The notes: a model not told the origin generated them from the letters alone. DNA of 64,000 bases from Chrysomallon squamiferum (GCA_012295275.1 CM022666.1:1240001-1304000), one strand, 5' to 3'. Shown: positions 43,323 to 55,297, counted from the stretch's first letter. Made by a program: numbers and translations.

Positions 43323-43798
43323 GTTCGTACAGACGATAAATAAAACGTATCCCACGGTAACGGTAAGCATTGGGTGGACTACCGACTGCTGCAAAGAGAG
43401 TTTTGGAATGGGCGTCATGGAAACGATGTGGAACCAGATCAAAACTCTTGAACAGCCCGTGTCTGTGTCTGCTCGTGCTGCACTTCTTAGAAACTCGTGG
43501 CCAGAATTCCGATGGATTTTAGAAAAATCGGCAAAGAACTCGTTGACTGTGTGGACTCCAGCAGGCTCCTTAGACTGGGAAGGGGCAGACATTTACGATC
43601 TTCTCTACGTGAGAAACGATTGGTTCAAAGAACGAATTTATTACGATCTGCCCGGAAAGAGATTCGAAGAGTTCAAAACTTTGGTTAAAACAGCTGGAAG
43701 TGCTCTTCATCATTTTGACATCAAAGACAGAGATGCTGCGAAGGTCACTTGGGGTCATGCTATTAATAGTAAATCTGATTTGGAGAAAAATATAAAAG
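43323..43798 (+). CDS. FAM151A: FAM151A-like exon 5 (end of domain 1, start of domain 2)
   Basis: ttaag|G TTC GTA...ATA AAA G|gtttgg; includes TVSIGWTT, SLTVW, RIYYDLP, then VTWGHAINS. Same frame as ORF 43408-43905. Confidence 0.93.
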
Positions 43799-44307
43799 GT
43801 TTGGTACTTAGATTGTTTTGTTTTTTGGCCTATATTTTTATTTATTTTTGTCATTTATTTTTTTGTCCCATGGGCCAATGTTATTCATCCTTGTTAAAAT
43901 TTTAAAGGATTTCTAGTAAGGGTTGGGTTTTATATAGGGATTTAAGATTTAAAGAATAATTTTTTTTATTTTTATTGTTGATACACCTCTTTTTATTGGT
44001 ATTTAATTTGTGTGTTAGAGTTTACTTTTTTGTTTTATAATAATAATAATAATAATAGTAATAAAATATACCAAAAATTATTATTTTCAAAGGGAGTTTT
44101 AAACTCAAATAAAATAAAATTAGTTTTCCATCTAACAAATTGAATTCTAATAGCCTGAAATAACATTTTGTAATTTCAATGAATACAAAAAAAGAAAAGA
44201 CCAATCGATGATTATGATAATAGTAATACTAATGATGATGATGATAAAAGCAATAATAATATTTATAAACAATTACAGTAACAATTTATACCACTTCTTC
44301 ATTTCAG

Positions 44308-44966
44308 ACGATGTCATGTTTTTGGAAGCCGACATTCTTTTGGAAGGTCAGGATACAGACAGACAGACAAACGTACCCATCATGGCCCACCCTCCAGCCA
44401 TCTCTAGCGACATAACCTTTGCTGAATGGGTGGACAGAGTGGCAGAGACTCGGAAAGGAATGAAACTGGACTTTAAAAGCATTCAGGCAGTTGCTCCTGC
44501 ACTGACGATTCTTAAGGAGAAGTATCGACAAGGGAAACTGACTCAGCCAATCTGGCTGAACGCTGACATTTTGACCGGACCAAACACCAAAGCCCCCGGC
44601 CGCAACGCTTCCGAATTTCTCAAGGTCATTGACGAAACATTTCCTCAGTGCACCCTGTCCATTGGCTGGACAACCGGATGGTCGAACACGGACTCAGACA
44701 CTGGATATTCTATGGAGATGGTTCGGGAGATGCACGAGCTCGCCAGAAATGTCCGCCAGCCGGTAAACTTTCCAATTCGAGCAGCCGCAGCGAAGCGGTC
44801 GTGGGAGGCGCTGGACTGGCTGCTGAAGCAGTTGCGAGGTTACACGCTGACCGTGTGGCATGCCGCAGCTGACGTTGTTTCTTCAGAGGACATGAAGTTT
44901 GTGAGAGGTCATTCAGAACACTCCAGGGTTTACTTCGATCTGCCACAGAACTTGATGCCAGTCTAA
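44308..44966 (+). CDS. FAM151A: FAM151A-like exon 6 (domain 2, stop codon)
   Basis: tttcag|AC GAT GTC ATG TTT TTG GAA GCC GAC...GTC TAA; FLEAD, MAHPP, GMKLDFK, WLNAD, SIGWTT, VYFDLP. Six exons sum to 1692 nt = 563 aa + stop. AATAAA at 45088-45093. Confidence 0.95.
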
Positions 44967-45602
44967 GCTGGTGTTTGAATGTGCGAGTGAGAGAAAGAGA
45001 TACCATGGATGGAGAGAAAGATGGAGAAAGTATAAATGAGTGAAAGTGGGAAGAAACAGAGTCAGTGACATACGCAGAATTAAAAACAATAAAGTGATTT
45101 TTGAAATATTTTTGTAATATACTGAGTGTTGATGACTTTTAAAAAGCTTTTTTTTAATAAAATAAATACATACAAACATGTATATATATATATATATATA
45201 TACTATTGAAAATGATTTCATTTAAAAAATAATGGGAAAAATATCTCAGTGTTTTTAGATATCTTATTATTTTTATTTAAATATGTTAGGAAGAAAAATA
45301 ACAAGTACATACAGATCTGATACAATGCTTGCAAATATTAAGAAAGACATACATACACATCTGTATATACTCAAATAATGTTGCTTATTAAAAGTTTTTA
45401 TGGCTGAAATCAACAGCCAAGGTAACAAGAATGATCAACTTACTTACAGTAAAATCCAGTTTGTGGAAATTGTTAAAATATTCTTAGAACTGCACACACA
45501 TCTCAGTACTAGCCAGGCTAATAGATTAGATATTTCAGTTTTCTATTTGGAGAGAAAGGTTATGATGATAGTATCACCACTGAATAAATATAAACAATAG
45601 TT

Positions 45603-45642
<40 letters not shown>

Positions 45643-46545
45643 TGATAATAATAATTAATAAAAAATAACTACAAAAAAATGTATAAATAAAAATTTCTGA
45701 ATAATCCTTCTGGCCATCATAGTAAACATTTTGTTTTCTTTTTAAATTATAATTAAAAATAAATAAATAAATAAAATGATTTTCTTATTTTAATTCATTT
45801 TTTAAATATATTTTTAATAATAAATAATAATAAATGGTAATTATAACAACTAATGAGGATATAAAACTTCTGTTCCAGTGATGCACAAAGCATTCATATC
45901 CCTTGAAGCATAAAACATTTCCCTTCATGCACAAACACACAGACACAAAACAATGCAGCAAAAAAACAAAAAAAGCTAAAACCAATTTCAATTTCATTAT
46001 CTGATATTTATTTTAAATGTTATTCAAAAGATTAAAAAAAAAAAAAAAAAAAGCTAAAATAAATTTACAAACATCTTACAAAATTAGTCATAATTGTTAA
46101 AAACTCCAGCAAGTGTTCCCACCCAGTCACTTCCAACGGTTCACGAATGCATGTGAATGCGTGTGCATGTCCATATATATATCACAGATAATTATTTGTA
46201 ATAGGTTATTTCTTTAAATGCTTAAAATAAAAAAAAAATTAAATTTAAATTTAAAACAACCTTAAATTCATATCTAAATCTTATTGTAATTATTGCTGTG
46301 TAGTAATACAATTACTATTTATATTTTTTAAATTATTTTTACATGATCAGCACTAAAGATGAAAGGTAAATTAAAGAAGTGTTTTTATTATTTGTCAAAA
46401 AAAAAAAAAAAAAAAAAAAAAAAAACACACATACATAAAAACCGGCATATTGAAACTAAAACTAAAACTACAAATTGATTAGGATAAAAGTTTCTAATAA
46501 TGGCTGACTTCACGTCTTCATTCCCCCCCTCCCACACACACACAT

Positions 46546-46566
46546 TTAGCAGCCGTCTGCAATGCA
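46546..46566 (-). CDS. CYSTM-like protein, probable terminal coding exon
   Basis: ttttcttttttttcag|TGC ATT GCA GAC GGC TGC TAA = CIADGC*, giving a Cys-rich tail WLCL-CIADGC when joined in phase 0. Confidence 0.55.
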   Translation of the reverse strand, partial: CIADGC

Positions 46567-47022
46567 CTGAAAAAAAGAAAAGCAGAATTTCAAGTGAGTG
46601 TGTGTGTGTGCACTGTGTGTAATTATAATAAACAGGTGACAGAATGACAGCTAGAGATAAACAAATATCAAAACATTCATTTGAACAGGTAGGCAGGCAG
46701 AGCCATTATTAATATAAACCCACTGCATTAAGTGTTTAATGTTACTTATCTAAAAAGCACATTCATCTGTGGGCTTGCATAATGCGTAGATAGCAAATAA
46801 TAAAAACCTCCGCGACTGAGCATGCGCACATAATTCTCGTTAATCACATGACATTAATCTTGCCTGTGATTAATCTCAAACTTATCTTTCATTCTTTTCT
46901 TTTTTTTTTTGAGTTTTTTTTTTTTTTTAGTAATAATAATAATAATAACAAATGTTCAGAAGAAAAACAAATCTTGTTTAGCTTTCTGTGTTTTATCGAT
47001 TATGCAGCTGTATTTATTTATT

Positions 47023-47103
<81 letters not shown>

Positions 47104-47220
47104 TAATTTTAATTTAGTGATGTAGTGGTTAACAAGATATTTTATCGAGTCCCTTTGATTAAAAATAAACAAACAAATAAATACGAACGAAACCAAAATC
47201 ATGTGTTTTTTTTAACTCAC

Positions 47221-47289
47221 CAGACAGAGCCAATAATAATAAGGGAAGAAAAATACTGATGACGCAATGGAAAATGAAAATGAAAACGT
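47221..47289 (-). CDS. CYSTM-like protein, third coding exon (transmembrane segment; frame inconsistent as assembled)
   Basis: Strong ttgcag acceptor and gtgagt donor. Hydrophobic/Cys segments FHCVISIFLP and WLCL lie in different frames, and neither matches the phase-2 entry. Confidence 0.55.
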
Positions 47290-47681
47290 CTGCAAATAAA
47301 CAGAATTTTGTTTTAATAATAATAATAACGACGACGATGATAATAATAAAACTGAAAGTGAAAACGTTAACGATAAAAGATACTAACAATAAGTGGAAGT
47401 AATTAAATGATAACAAAATAGGATGGAAAGAAGACGGATGGTGTTCTAGGACGAGATCACTTCTTGAATTAACACACACACACACACACAGACACACACA
47501 CACACACACATTCCAAATAAATAAGTGTGTATGTGTGTGTGTGTGTGTATATATATATACTTCCATTTTAGTCATTGTTTTACGTGTGACTGGCGCTATT
47601 GTTTGCTCATAATAAAGTACGAAACTAAATATGTATGGCGACTGCCGTGCTCCATCTGGTTTTGCACGTGTCGTACGTTAC

Positions 47682-47758
47682 CTCTCCACAACCACCGTCT
47701 GTCCTGTTCCCTGCTGCCCAACTACTACGACAGTAGACTGCTGTTGTTGTTGTTGCAT
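47682..47758 (-). CDS. CYSTM-like protein, second coding exon
   Basis: caacag|ATG CAA CAA...GTG GAG AG|gtaacg = MQQQQQQSTVVVVGQQGTGQTVVVE(R); phase 0 entry fits the previous exon. Confidence 0.8.
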
Positions 47759-48469
47759 CTGTTGATAAAAATTAAAAATGAATAAAGTTAAACTGTTCAA
47801 ATTATTATTATTATTATAATTATTATTATTATTATTATTATTATTATCATCATCATTATTATTGTTGTTATTATTAAAAATTAATTTACTAATTTATTAA
47901 TCTGGACATATTATGTAGTACTATATAATGAATATTGAATATTATTTTATTTTTACAATGAAACAATGTTAATGTGTCTTACTGTAACGAAACATTAATA
48001 TATTTTAAAATAAAGTGACATGAAATCAAACATAGTGTTACTATAGCTTAGTATGAAGTACTATAATGAAATAGTACTAATATCCCATAATACTAGTATT
48101 CCATAGTACTAGTATACCATAATACGAAACTAAAAAATGTTCGCGTTTCCTTGGTGATACACATCTTCAATTCTTTGAAAATAAATTAAATGACAGCTCA
48201 TTTCTCGAACCTAACGAGATCCCTCGAGATCAGCCTAATAAATAAAAAAATAGAGTTTTAGAAAGAAAAAAAAAATGTTTGATAACAGCTTGTTTATTTT
48301 TTTGTTGGTTTGTTTTCGATCACACTAATTTGGACGTTGAACTGAGTTAGTCTGGGTTGATGCTGACAAATATTTGGACTAATTTATCTTAGTGAAATGC
48401 GCGATCATGTTTTCAAATAATTTCATTTCCCTTTCTAACCAAAACGTATTTCGCTTTAATAAAAAAAAA

Positions 48470-49082
48470 ATAAAAATAAAAATAATAGTAATAATAATAA
48501 TAACAATAATAGTAATAATAATAATAATAACAATAATAATAGTAATAGTAATAACAATAATAATAGTAATAATAATAGTAATAAAAGAATAAAAGTAATA
48601 GTAATAACAATAATAATAGTAATAATAATAATAATAACAATAGTAACAGTAATAACAATAATAATAGTAATAATAGTAATAATAACAATACTAATAGTAA
48701 TAACAACAATAACAATAGTAATAATAGTAATAGTAATAGTAATAACAATAATAATAGTAATAGTAATAATAACAATAATAATAACAATAGTAATAATAGT
48801 AATAGTAATAACAACAATAACAATAGTAATAATAGTAATAGTAATAGTAATAACAATAATAATAGTAATAGTAATAATAATAATAGTAATAATAACAATA
48901 ATAATAACAATAGTAATAATAGTAATAGTAATAACAACAATAACAATAGTAATAATAGTAATAGTAATAACAATAATAATAGTAATAGTAATAATAATAA
49001 TAGTAATAATAACAATAATAATAGTAATAATAATAGTAATAATAACAACAATAACAATAGTAATAATAGTAATAGTAATAAC

Positions 49083-49116
<34 letters not shown>

Positions 49117-49181
49117 GTAATAGTAATAATAATAATAGTAATAGTAATAATAATAATAATAACAATAATAATAATAATATT
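48470..49181. repeat. Compound (AAT/AGT/AAC)n trinucleotide array, ~710 bp
   Basis: Directly visible; starts at the donor of the 49184-49372 exon and produces the spurious poly-Leu ORF 48413-49372. Confidence 0.97.
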
Positions 49182-49183
49182 AC

Positions 49184-49372
49184 CGGTGGCGGTGCCGCAT
49201 AAGCTGGATATGGAGCAGGATATCCCTGTTGTGGAGGGGGATAACCCTGTTGCGGAGGGGGATATCCTTGTTGCGGAGGGGGATATCCCTGATGCGGAGG
49301 GGGATATCCCAGTTGTGGATTGGCGTATCCAGCCTGGGTTTTAGAGTTGTCATAAGGAGGAGGTTCCGACAT
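49184..49372 (-). CDS. Proline/glutamine-rich CYSTM-like small membrane protein, first visible coding exon
   Basis: tacag|ATG TCG GAA...CCA CCG|gtaata = MSEPPPYDNSKTQAGYANPQL + four GYPPP(H/Q)Q repeats + GYPAPYPAYAAPPP. GC-rich island in AT-rich DNA; PPPY motif. Confidence 0.85.
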
Positions 49373-49478
49373 CTGTAAAATAAACCAATCTGTTAAAACT
49401 GTTTACAGCTTCCATCCCTTTTCTGCTACTTCTGTTCCGTTTCCTTTACTTCCATCCCATTTCATCTATCTAGCTATG

Positions 49479-49517
<39 letters not shown>

Positions 49518-49844
49518 ATATATATATATACATATTAAAAATGTAATGAAAATCACTGGCGCTAAGGAAAATATAATGAAAAGTAACAAAAAATAAAAAT
49601 AAAATCTTAAAAATTAAAAATTAATAAATAAAATAAAATAAAATAAAAAGAATGATAAATAAATAAATAAATAAATAAAATTTAAAAATCAGTAAACAAA
49701 TGAGTATAAATATAAATACAAATACTAATAAATTTAAAATAAATAAAATAAAATACACAAAAATTAATAAATAAAATTAAAAATAAACAACAAATGTCTT
49801 GTTTTAACAAATTGTGCTGACGTTATAATAAATTTGGTGTTTAA

Positions 49845-49916
<72 letters not shown>

Positions 49917-49989
49917 GCACGCACACACAAGTACAGCTGCACAGAAACAATACATAGCTTTCCAGAAATTCGTTAAAATTCTCGTTACT

Positions 49990-50730
49990 CTCTCTAACAA
50001 CAAATAACATCGTCTTTCACAGACAGCCTCGCAAATTTCGTAACATTTGCGAAATGCGTACGTTGCGTTTCCATACACGGAGAGTCCACGATTTACGACC
50101 AGGTTTTACGATTCGACCGAATAGACGTTACTGGGAATTAACTCACATTTCTTTGTTTGTACGTTACCCCAAGTCTTCTTTTTTCGCTTCTACTCCAGCA
50201 AGGTCCTGCCACACACGATATACAATAAATTAAAAACAATCGTGATATTTATTTATCTTTTCTCTCCGTTTTTTTTTTTTTTGTTTTTTTTTTTCTTTTC
50301 TTTTTTTAAAAGTTGTCGCGATCGTAAACCCTAAAGCGCCGTACTGAAAAGTGAAAGTAGAAATTTGCAGAATAGGTGTGGTCGATTCAGAAAAAAAAAA
50401 TAACCTACTTTTTTTTTTTTCTCGCGTTTTTTTTTTTTTCTCGATTTTCACTGTATACTAATTCGCCAGCGCTTGGAACAAAATACTCTCAGTTCAAAAG
50501 CATGTGGTCAAAATTACCCGATAAATCAAATTTGAAAATTGCCTTTTTCTGCACCCTATTTTCAAAAACTTCGGAGGAAATCAACATGGTATCTTCGATG
50601 GTATATCGGATCGTTACAGTGACTGCTAACTGTTAGCGAACTGTTTAAGCCGTAAGTCAAATTCTCGTAAGTCAAATGCGACAAATTCCCGCGTCGTTAT
50701 AGAGAACGGAGACCGTTCAAGAATTATCAC
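49990..50730 (-). promoter_or_regulatory. CpG-rich probable promoter / non-coding first exon of the CYSTM-like gene
   Basis: High CpG density upstream of the gene; minus-strand donor AAAT|gtgagt at 50146. The ATG exon begins directly after an AG acceptor, so an upstream exon is required. Confidence 0.5.
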
Positions 50731-51047
50731 GTAGTTACAATATATATATATATATTTTTGTATTCCTTTTAACTGTTTTATTAAGATCTCCCCATCGAAA
50801 ACTGCATGTACTTCAATAACTTTGTAAATAAAAAAAATAAAAAAATAAAAATGTTAGATAATTCTGTAAAGAAATAGATTTCAAAAATAAATATCTATCC
50901 CGCAGTTCTTACAGACAAAGCGAATACCGAAATTGCAGGCGATATTAATGGTTCCACCATTGTTTTTTTGTGTGTGTGTGTTTTTTCAGTGTTTTTATTT
51001 ATTTATTTATTATAGTAATAATTTTTTTTTATTGTTGTTCGTTAATA

Positions 51048-51122
<75 letters not shown>

Positions 51123-51429
51123 GAGAAAAAGTAGAGGTGTGACTATATATATATATAGTCACACCTCTACTTATACACACACACACACACATATATATAT
51201 ATACATACAGTACACACACAGACACAGACAACAATACAAACACACAACTATCCTGTCCATCAGCTAAACAAATTGGTAGAAGTAATCTTTTCTTGATAAC
51301 GCCTCTCTGACACCAAGTCACAAATTATTTTCACGATATTACATAACAAAAGCTTTCAAAAAAGAAGTACGGACCCATTTCGTTATTAAAGTACTATGTT
51401 AATGTTAAAACGATGTTAAATAAAACATT

Positions 51430-51722
51430 TACAGTGATAATACTTACTTTGAGAACAAAACGTCCACAATAAAACAGATTCAGACTCACGTGATTACGAG
51501 AAAAATGAATTTGGTTGCAATTCTGAGAAATCACTATGGAGCGTCGTTAGGGTCTTTGTGAAATATACACTAATATGGCTCTTTGTGACCCCAGATAAAA
51601 AATAATATAACCTAAGTATGTTTTAAATAATATTAGGTTGCTACTGATGCGATTTTTAATCAAATAAAAAATTTGAATGACTTACGAAAAAATATGGCTT
51701 TATCGTCTCTTTATTATTATAA

Positions 51723-51758
<36 letters not shown>

Positions 51759-51920
51759 GGGTGATTTGAACAATAGTTCAACTAAGAATAATAGATTAAA
51801 ACAGCCAAAGGAACAGCACGTACAACAGTTACGGCGCCAACAACAACAACAACAACAACAACAATAATAATAATAAATAATAATAGTAATGATAATGATG
51901 ATGATGATGATGATAACAAG
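51430..51920 (+). repeat. Left arm of diverged inverted repeat pair
   Basis: Aligns by eye to the reverse complement of ~53745-54200 (e.g. GATTCAGACTC, CGTTAGG-CTTTGTGAAA, TGAACAATAGTTCA, TAGATTAAAACAGCCAAAGGAACA-CACGTACAACAGTTAC). Confidence 0.88.
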
Positions 51921-52551
51921 AAAGACAAACTATAGAATTCTTGTGGATTTTTGTTAATCATTTAAATACACTAATTTGTTCATTATTTCATTGAAATAGT
52001 AGCTAAAAGGCGCTCCATATTTATATAAATCAATTCGTTATCTTTTGGACCTTAATCTCTTAATCACAAAAGTAAACGGAAGCTTCATTTGTCTGACGTC
52101 AAAATATACAAGAATAAACCAAATATACTTTTGCAATAATATTTTTAATTTTAATTTTTTTTTTTTTTTTTTTTTTTAGTTAAGTAATATTTTATTTTTA
52201 GTTGCTCGTGAGTTTTTGATGTCAAAGTCGTGTGATCTTATATTTCAGAACAGAGTGTAGTATTTCGTATCTAAGAAAGCCATGACTGTTATCTGAAACG
52301 ATAAAATCAAAACAACAAGATCTAGGCCATACCTGATGGCCTGTTTCATAATATCTCTCTGCTTTATTAATTTTCAAAAATTCGAAATAAGAAACAAACT
52401 ATAAACATGATGGATATGTATAATTATATCAAACCCATTTAAAAAAAAAAAAAAATATATATATTTTTGTACACTTGCAGACTATTGTCCCTGAACCAGT
52501 GAAAAATATATATGTACAAATTAGTTCTCATAATACTGTGTTTACACGTCT

Positions 52552-52606
<55 letters not shown>

Positions 52607-53744
52607 GTGTGTGTGTGTGTGAAATCATCAAAAATTTATATATTTCATAACAATTTGTTAACTACAAAAATGTGTGCGTGTGCGTTGTGTGCATATTTAC
52701 AAATAAATATTGTTTTATGTATTTCTGGTTAAGCTGTGCACGTAGGCAGTATATTCGTGCGCACTAACGGAAGTGGATGATGATATCATTTCGACTGTCG
52801 CGAGAATCTATTCAGATCATCTTACACCGGGATGTCTGAACTGTGTTTCTCTGTGTACGTGTACTTGTGTGCATGCACCGTCTAATTCGAAATATGTGCA
52901 TGTTTTCTGCCAACGTTTCATGTCTCCGGCGAAGCTGATCATAACAACCTGTTTGTCACGCCCCTCGGTTTATAAATAGATTAGTCTAAGTCTAGTTTGT
53001 CAAGGGGCGTTACTCTTCGCGTGCATGGGCAATAGGAATGTGAAAACTTCTATTCTGCCCCAAAAGCATGGCAATAGCTATTTATAGTAGTAAGGATAGA
53101 TTCAACAGACTGAGTATCACTAACTGTTACAGTAGTATCACATGCCTGCTGAAATAATAAAGAATTAAATCATTTTCTTATTTTAATTCCGTTCAAGCTA
53201 TGTCTATTTTTAATTAAATGATTTAAGGGTTCTGCTCTATTAATATAAGGCATCACTGATATTGGACATCCTTGTCTAACACCTCTTGTGATATTTAATA
53301 AAGGAGTTAAATGTCCATTAATTTTGACACAACTTTATTATATCATTATATAGCATTGTAATCCACGTTATAAATTTATCACCGAAATTGAAATGTTTTT
53401 TTTTTTTTTTTTTTTCAAATCTTTTATCATAAAACTACGTGTCATCTTATCATTAGCTTTTTCTCGATCAATTTTAACCGGATGTCCTTCTTGGTTGTTT
53501 AACTGAACGATATCTATAATACCCCTTAGCAATATCTCTTCTTTTCACACAACAGGTTTGTTCTGATGAAATAATAGTTAACACAACCTGTTTAAGACGA
53601 TTAGCAAGAACTGTAGAAATAATTTTTATAATCTACATTTAAAACATTAATAGGTTAGAAATTGTTCATAGCACTTTAATTTCCTGATTTTCAAGCTTAT
53701 ATGTTGCTATCAAGAAAAGATCATTTCTATGAACTGTTTTAAGT

Positions 53745-54200
53745 GATGATGATGATTATTATTATTGTTGTTGTTGTTGTTGTTGTTATTATTACTACTA
53801 CTATTATTATTGTTGTTGTTGTTGTTATTATTATTATTATTGTTGTTGTTGTTGTTGTTGTTGTTGTCGGCGCTGTAACTGTTGTACGTGTTGTTCCTTT
53901 GGCTGTTTTAATCTATTGTTCTTCGGTGAACTATTGTTCAGATTACCCATAATAATAATAATAATAATAATAATAAGGAGACGACGATAAAGATTCATTT
54001 TTATTTGACTGAAAATAGCGTCAGTAGGAATCTAACACTCTATAAAACATAGTTAGGTTACAGTTCTTATCTGTTTCACAAAGAGCCTAACGGCACTCCG
54101 TAGTTAATTCTCGGAATTGCCATCGGGATTGAGTTTCCTCGTAACAACGAGAGTCTGAATCAATTTTTGTTGTTGACGTTTTATTTTTAGAACACTTTCT
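53745..54200 (-). repeat. Right arm of diverged inverted repeat pair
   Basis: Reverse complement of ~51430-51920, including matching (AAT)n and (CAA)n tracts. Confidence 0.88.
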
Positions 54201-54569
54201 TAGTGTCATTTTTTGTTTTTTCGGAATCCGTGTGGTTTTCAGCGTCACTTTCGCTGTCTTCCTGGTCATCACTGTCATATTCATGCATTCCTTAACGCGT
54301 TCAGTGAATGATTGATCTTCCTTTTCAACATATGTTTCACGCAGAAAAGCGCTTTAGTCTTTTATTTCATTCACTGATGATTCAGTTCAAGGCCATCATG
54401 GTGACAAATAATAGATGTTGTTTGAAAAATTTCATCTACGGTTACTTCAAAATAGTTTTGCCACTCTGACAGACGCGATTACATCTGCGATTACTTGTTT
54501 GAATGCTAAACAGTCATTCACTTGTTTCATTTACCATCGACGTCTCGGGATCTCTCCCGGTTTATTGTA

Positions 54570-54641
54570 TCCGATGTGGTCTAGTGGTTAGGATCCCTGG
54601 CTTTCACCCAGGTGGCCCGGGTTCAATTCCCGGCATCGGAA
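54570..54641 (+). tRNA. tRNA-Glu (anticodon TTC), copy 1
   Basis: Acceptor stem TCCGATG/CATCGGA, anticodon arm CCTGG-CTTTCAC-CCAGG, T arm CCGGG-TTCAATT-CCCGG, A and B boxes, oligo-T terminator. One T>C variant just 5' of the anticodon stem. Confidence 0.96.
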
Positions 54642-55297
54642 CTTTTTTTTTTTATTTTAAATTTTAGACTTATTTTTATTTACTGAGATTATTTGTTTAA
54701 TTTCTTAACAATTATTTCATTTGTTTCATACTTTCGATTTCAATGCTGACGATTAAGCTATGCAATCAAAAACTATTTTACAATATTTTACAATCGAAAA
54801 TATAATTATGTGTTTATATACATTTTTATATAAATTAATGTTCAAAACCAAACATTTATTAAATTTGTTCTCCTAATGTGACCAACAAATTCCGATAGCG
54901 TTTTTTTTTCTTCTTTTTTTTGTTGTTGTTGTTGTTGTTTGTTTTTGCTTTGCTTTGTTTTGTTTGTTTGTTGTTGTTGTTTGTTTTATTTTTTAATTAA
55001 GTTATCGTTGAAAATAAATATTTCTAGTTTACACGAATTAGAATGATTTCATGAATCAGAAATGATTGCCAAAATATTCGCCTGCTCTTTGCTGAAACCG
55101 TTATAATATTATTTCATTTTCATTCCTATTAAAGTTAAAATGAAATACAGTAGTAACTGTCTTTAGCGGCCACCTATGTTGTATGGACACTTTTCTGAAT
55201 CTCGATTGTTTTTCTATAGTTATGTCCCTTAGATCAGCGAATCCGTCCAAAAAAAAAAAAAATAAAATAAAAATAAAAATAATAATAATAATAATAA

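Noticed and set aside
43314-45221. Minus-strand and alternative-frame ORFs over FAM151A exons 5-6
   Set aside because: Shadows of the GC-richer real coding sequence.
48413-49183. 319-aa ORF with a very long poly-Leu tract
   Set aside because: Read-through of the exon donor (CCG|gtaata) into an intronic trinucleotide array; only 49184-49372 is coding.
52776-52840. C/D-box snoRNA-like pattern ATGATGA...CTGA
   Set aside because: Terminal stem is only ~3 bp, I recognise no rRNA-complementary guide, and the region is better explained as a promoter-like element.
54188-54287. Short acidic minus-strand peptide MHEYDSDDQEDSESDAENH...
   Set aside because: About 33 codons with no splice partners; at best a transposon remnant next to the inverted repeat arm.
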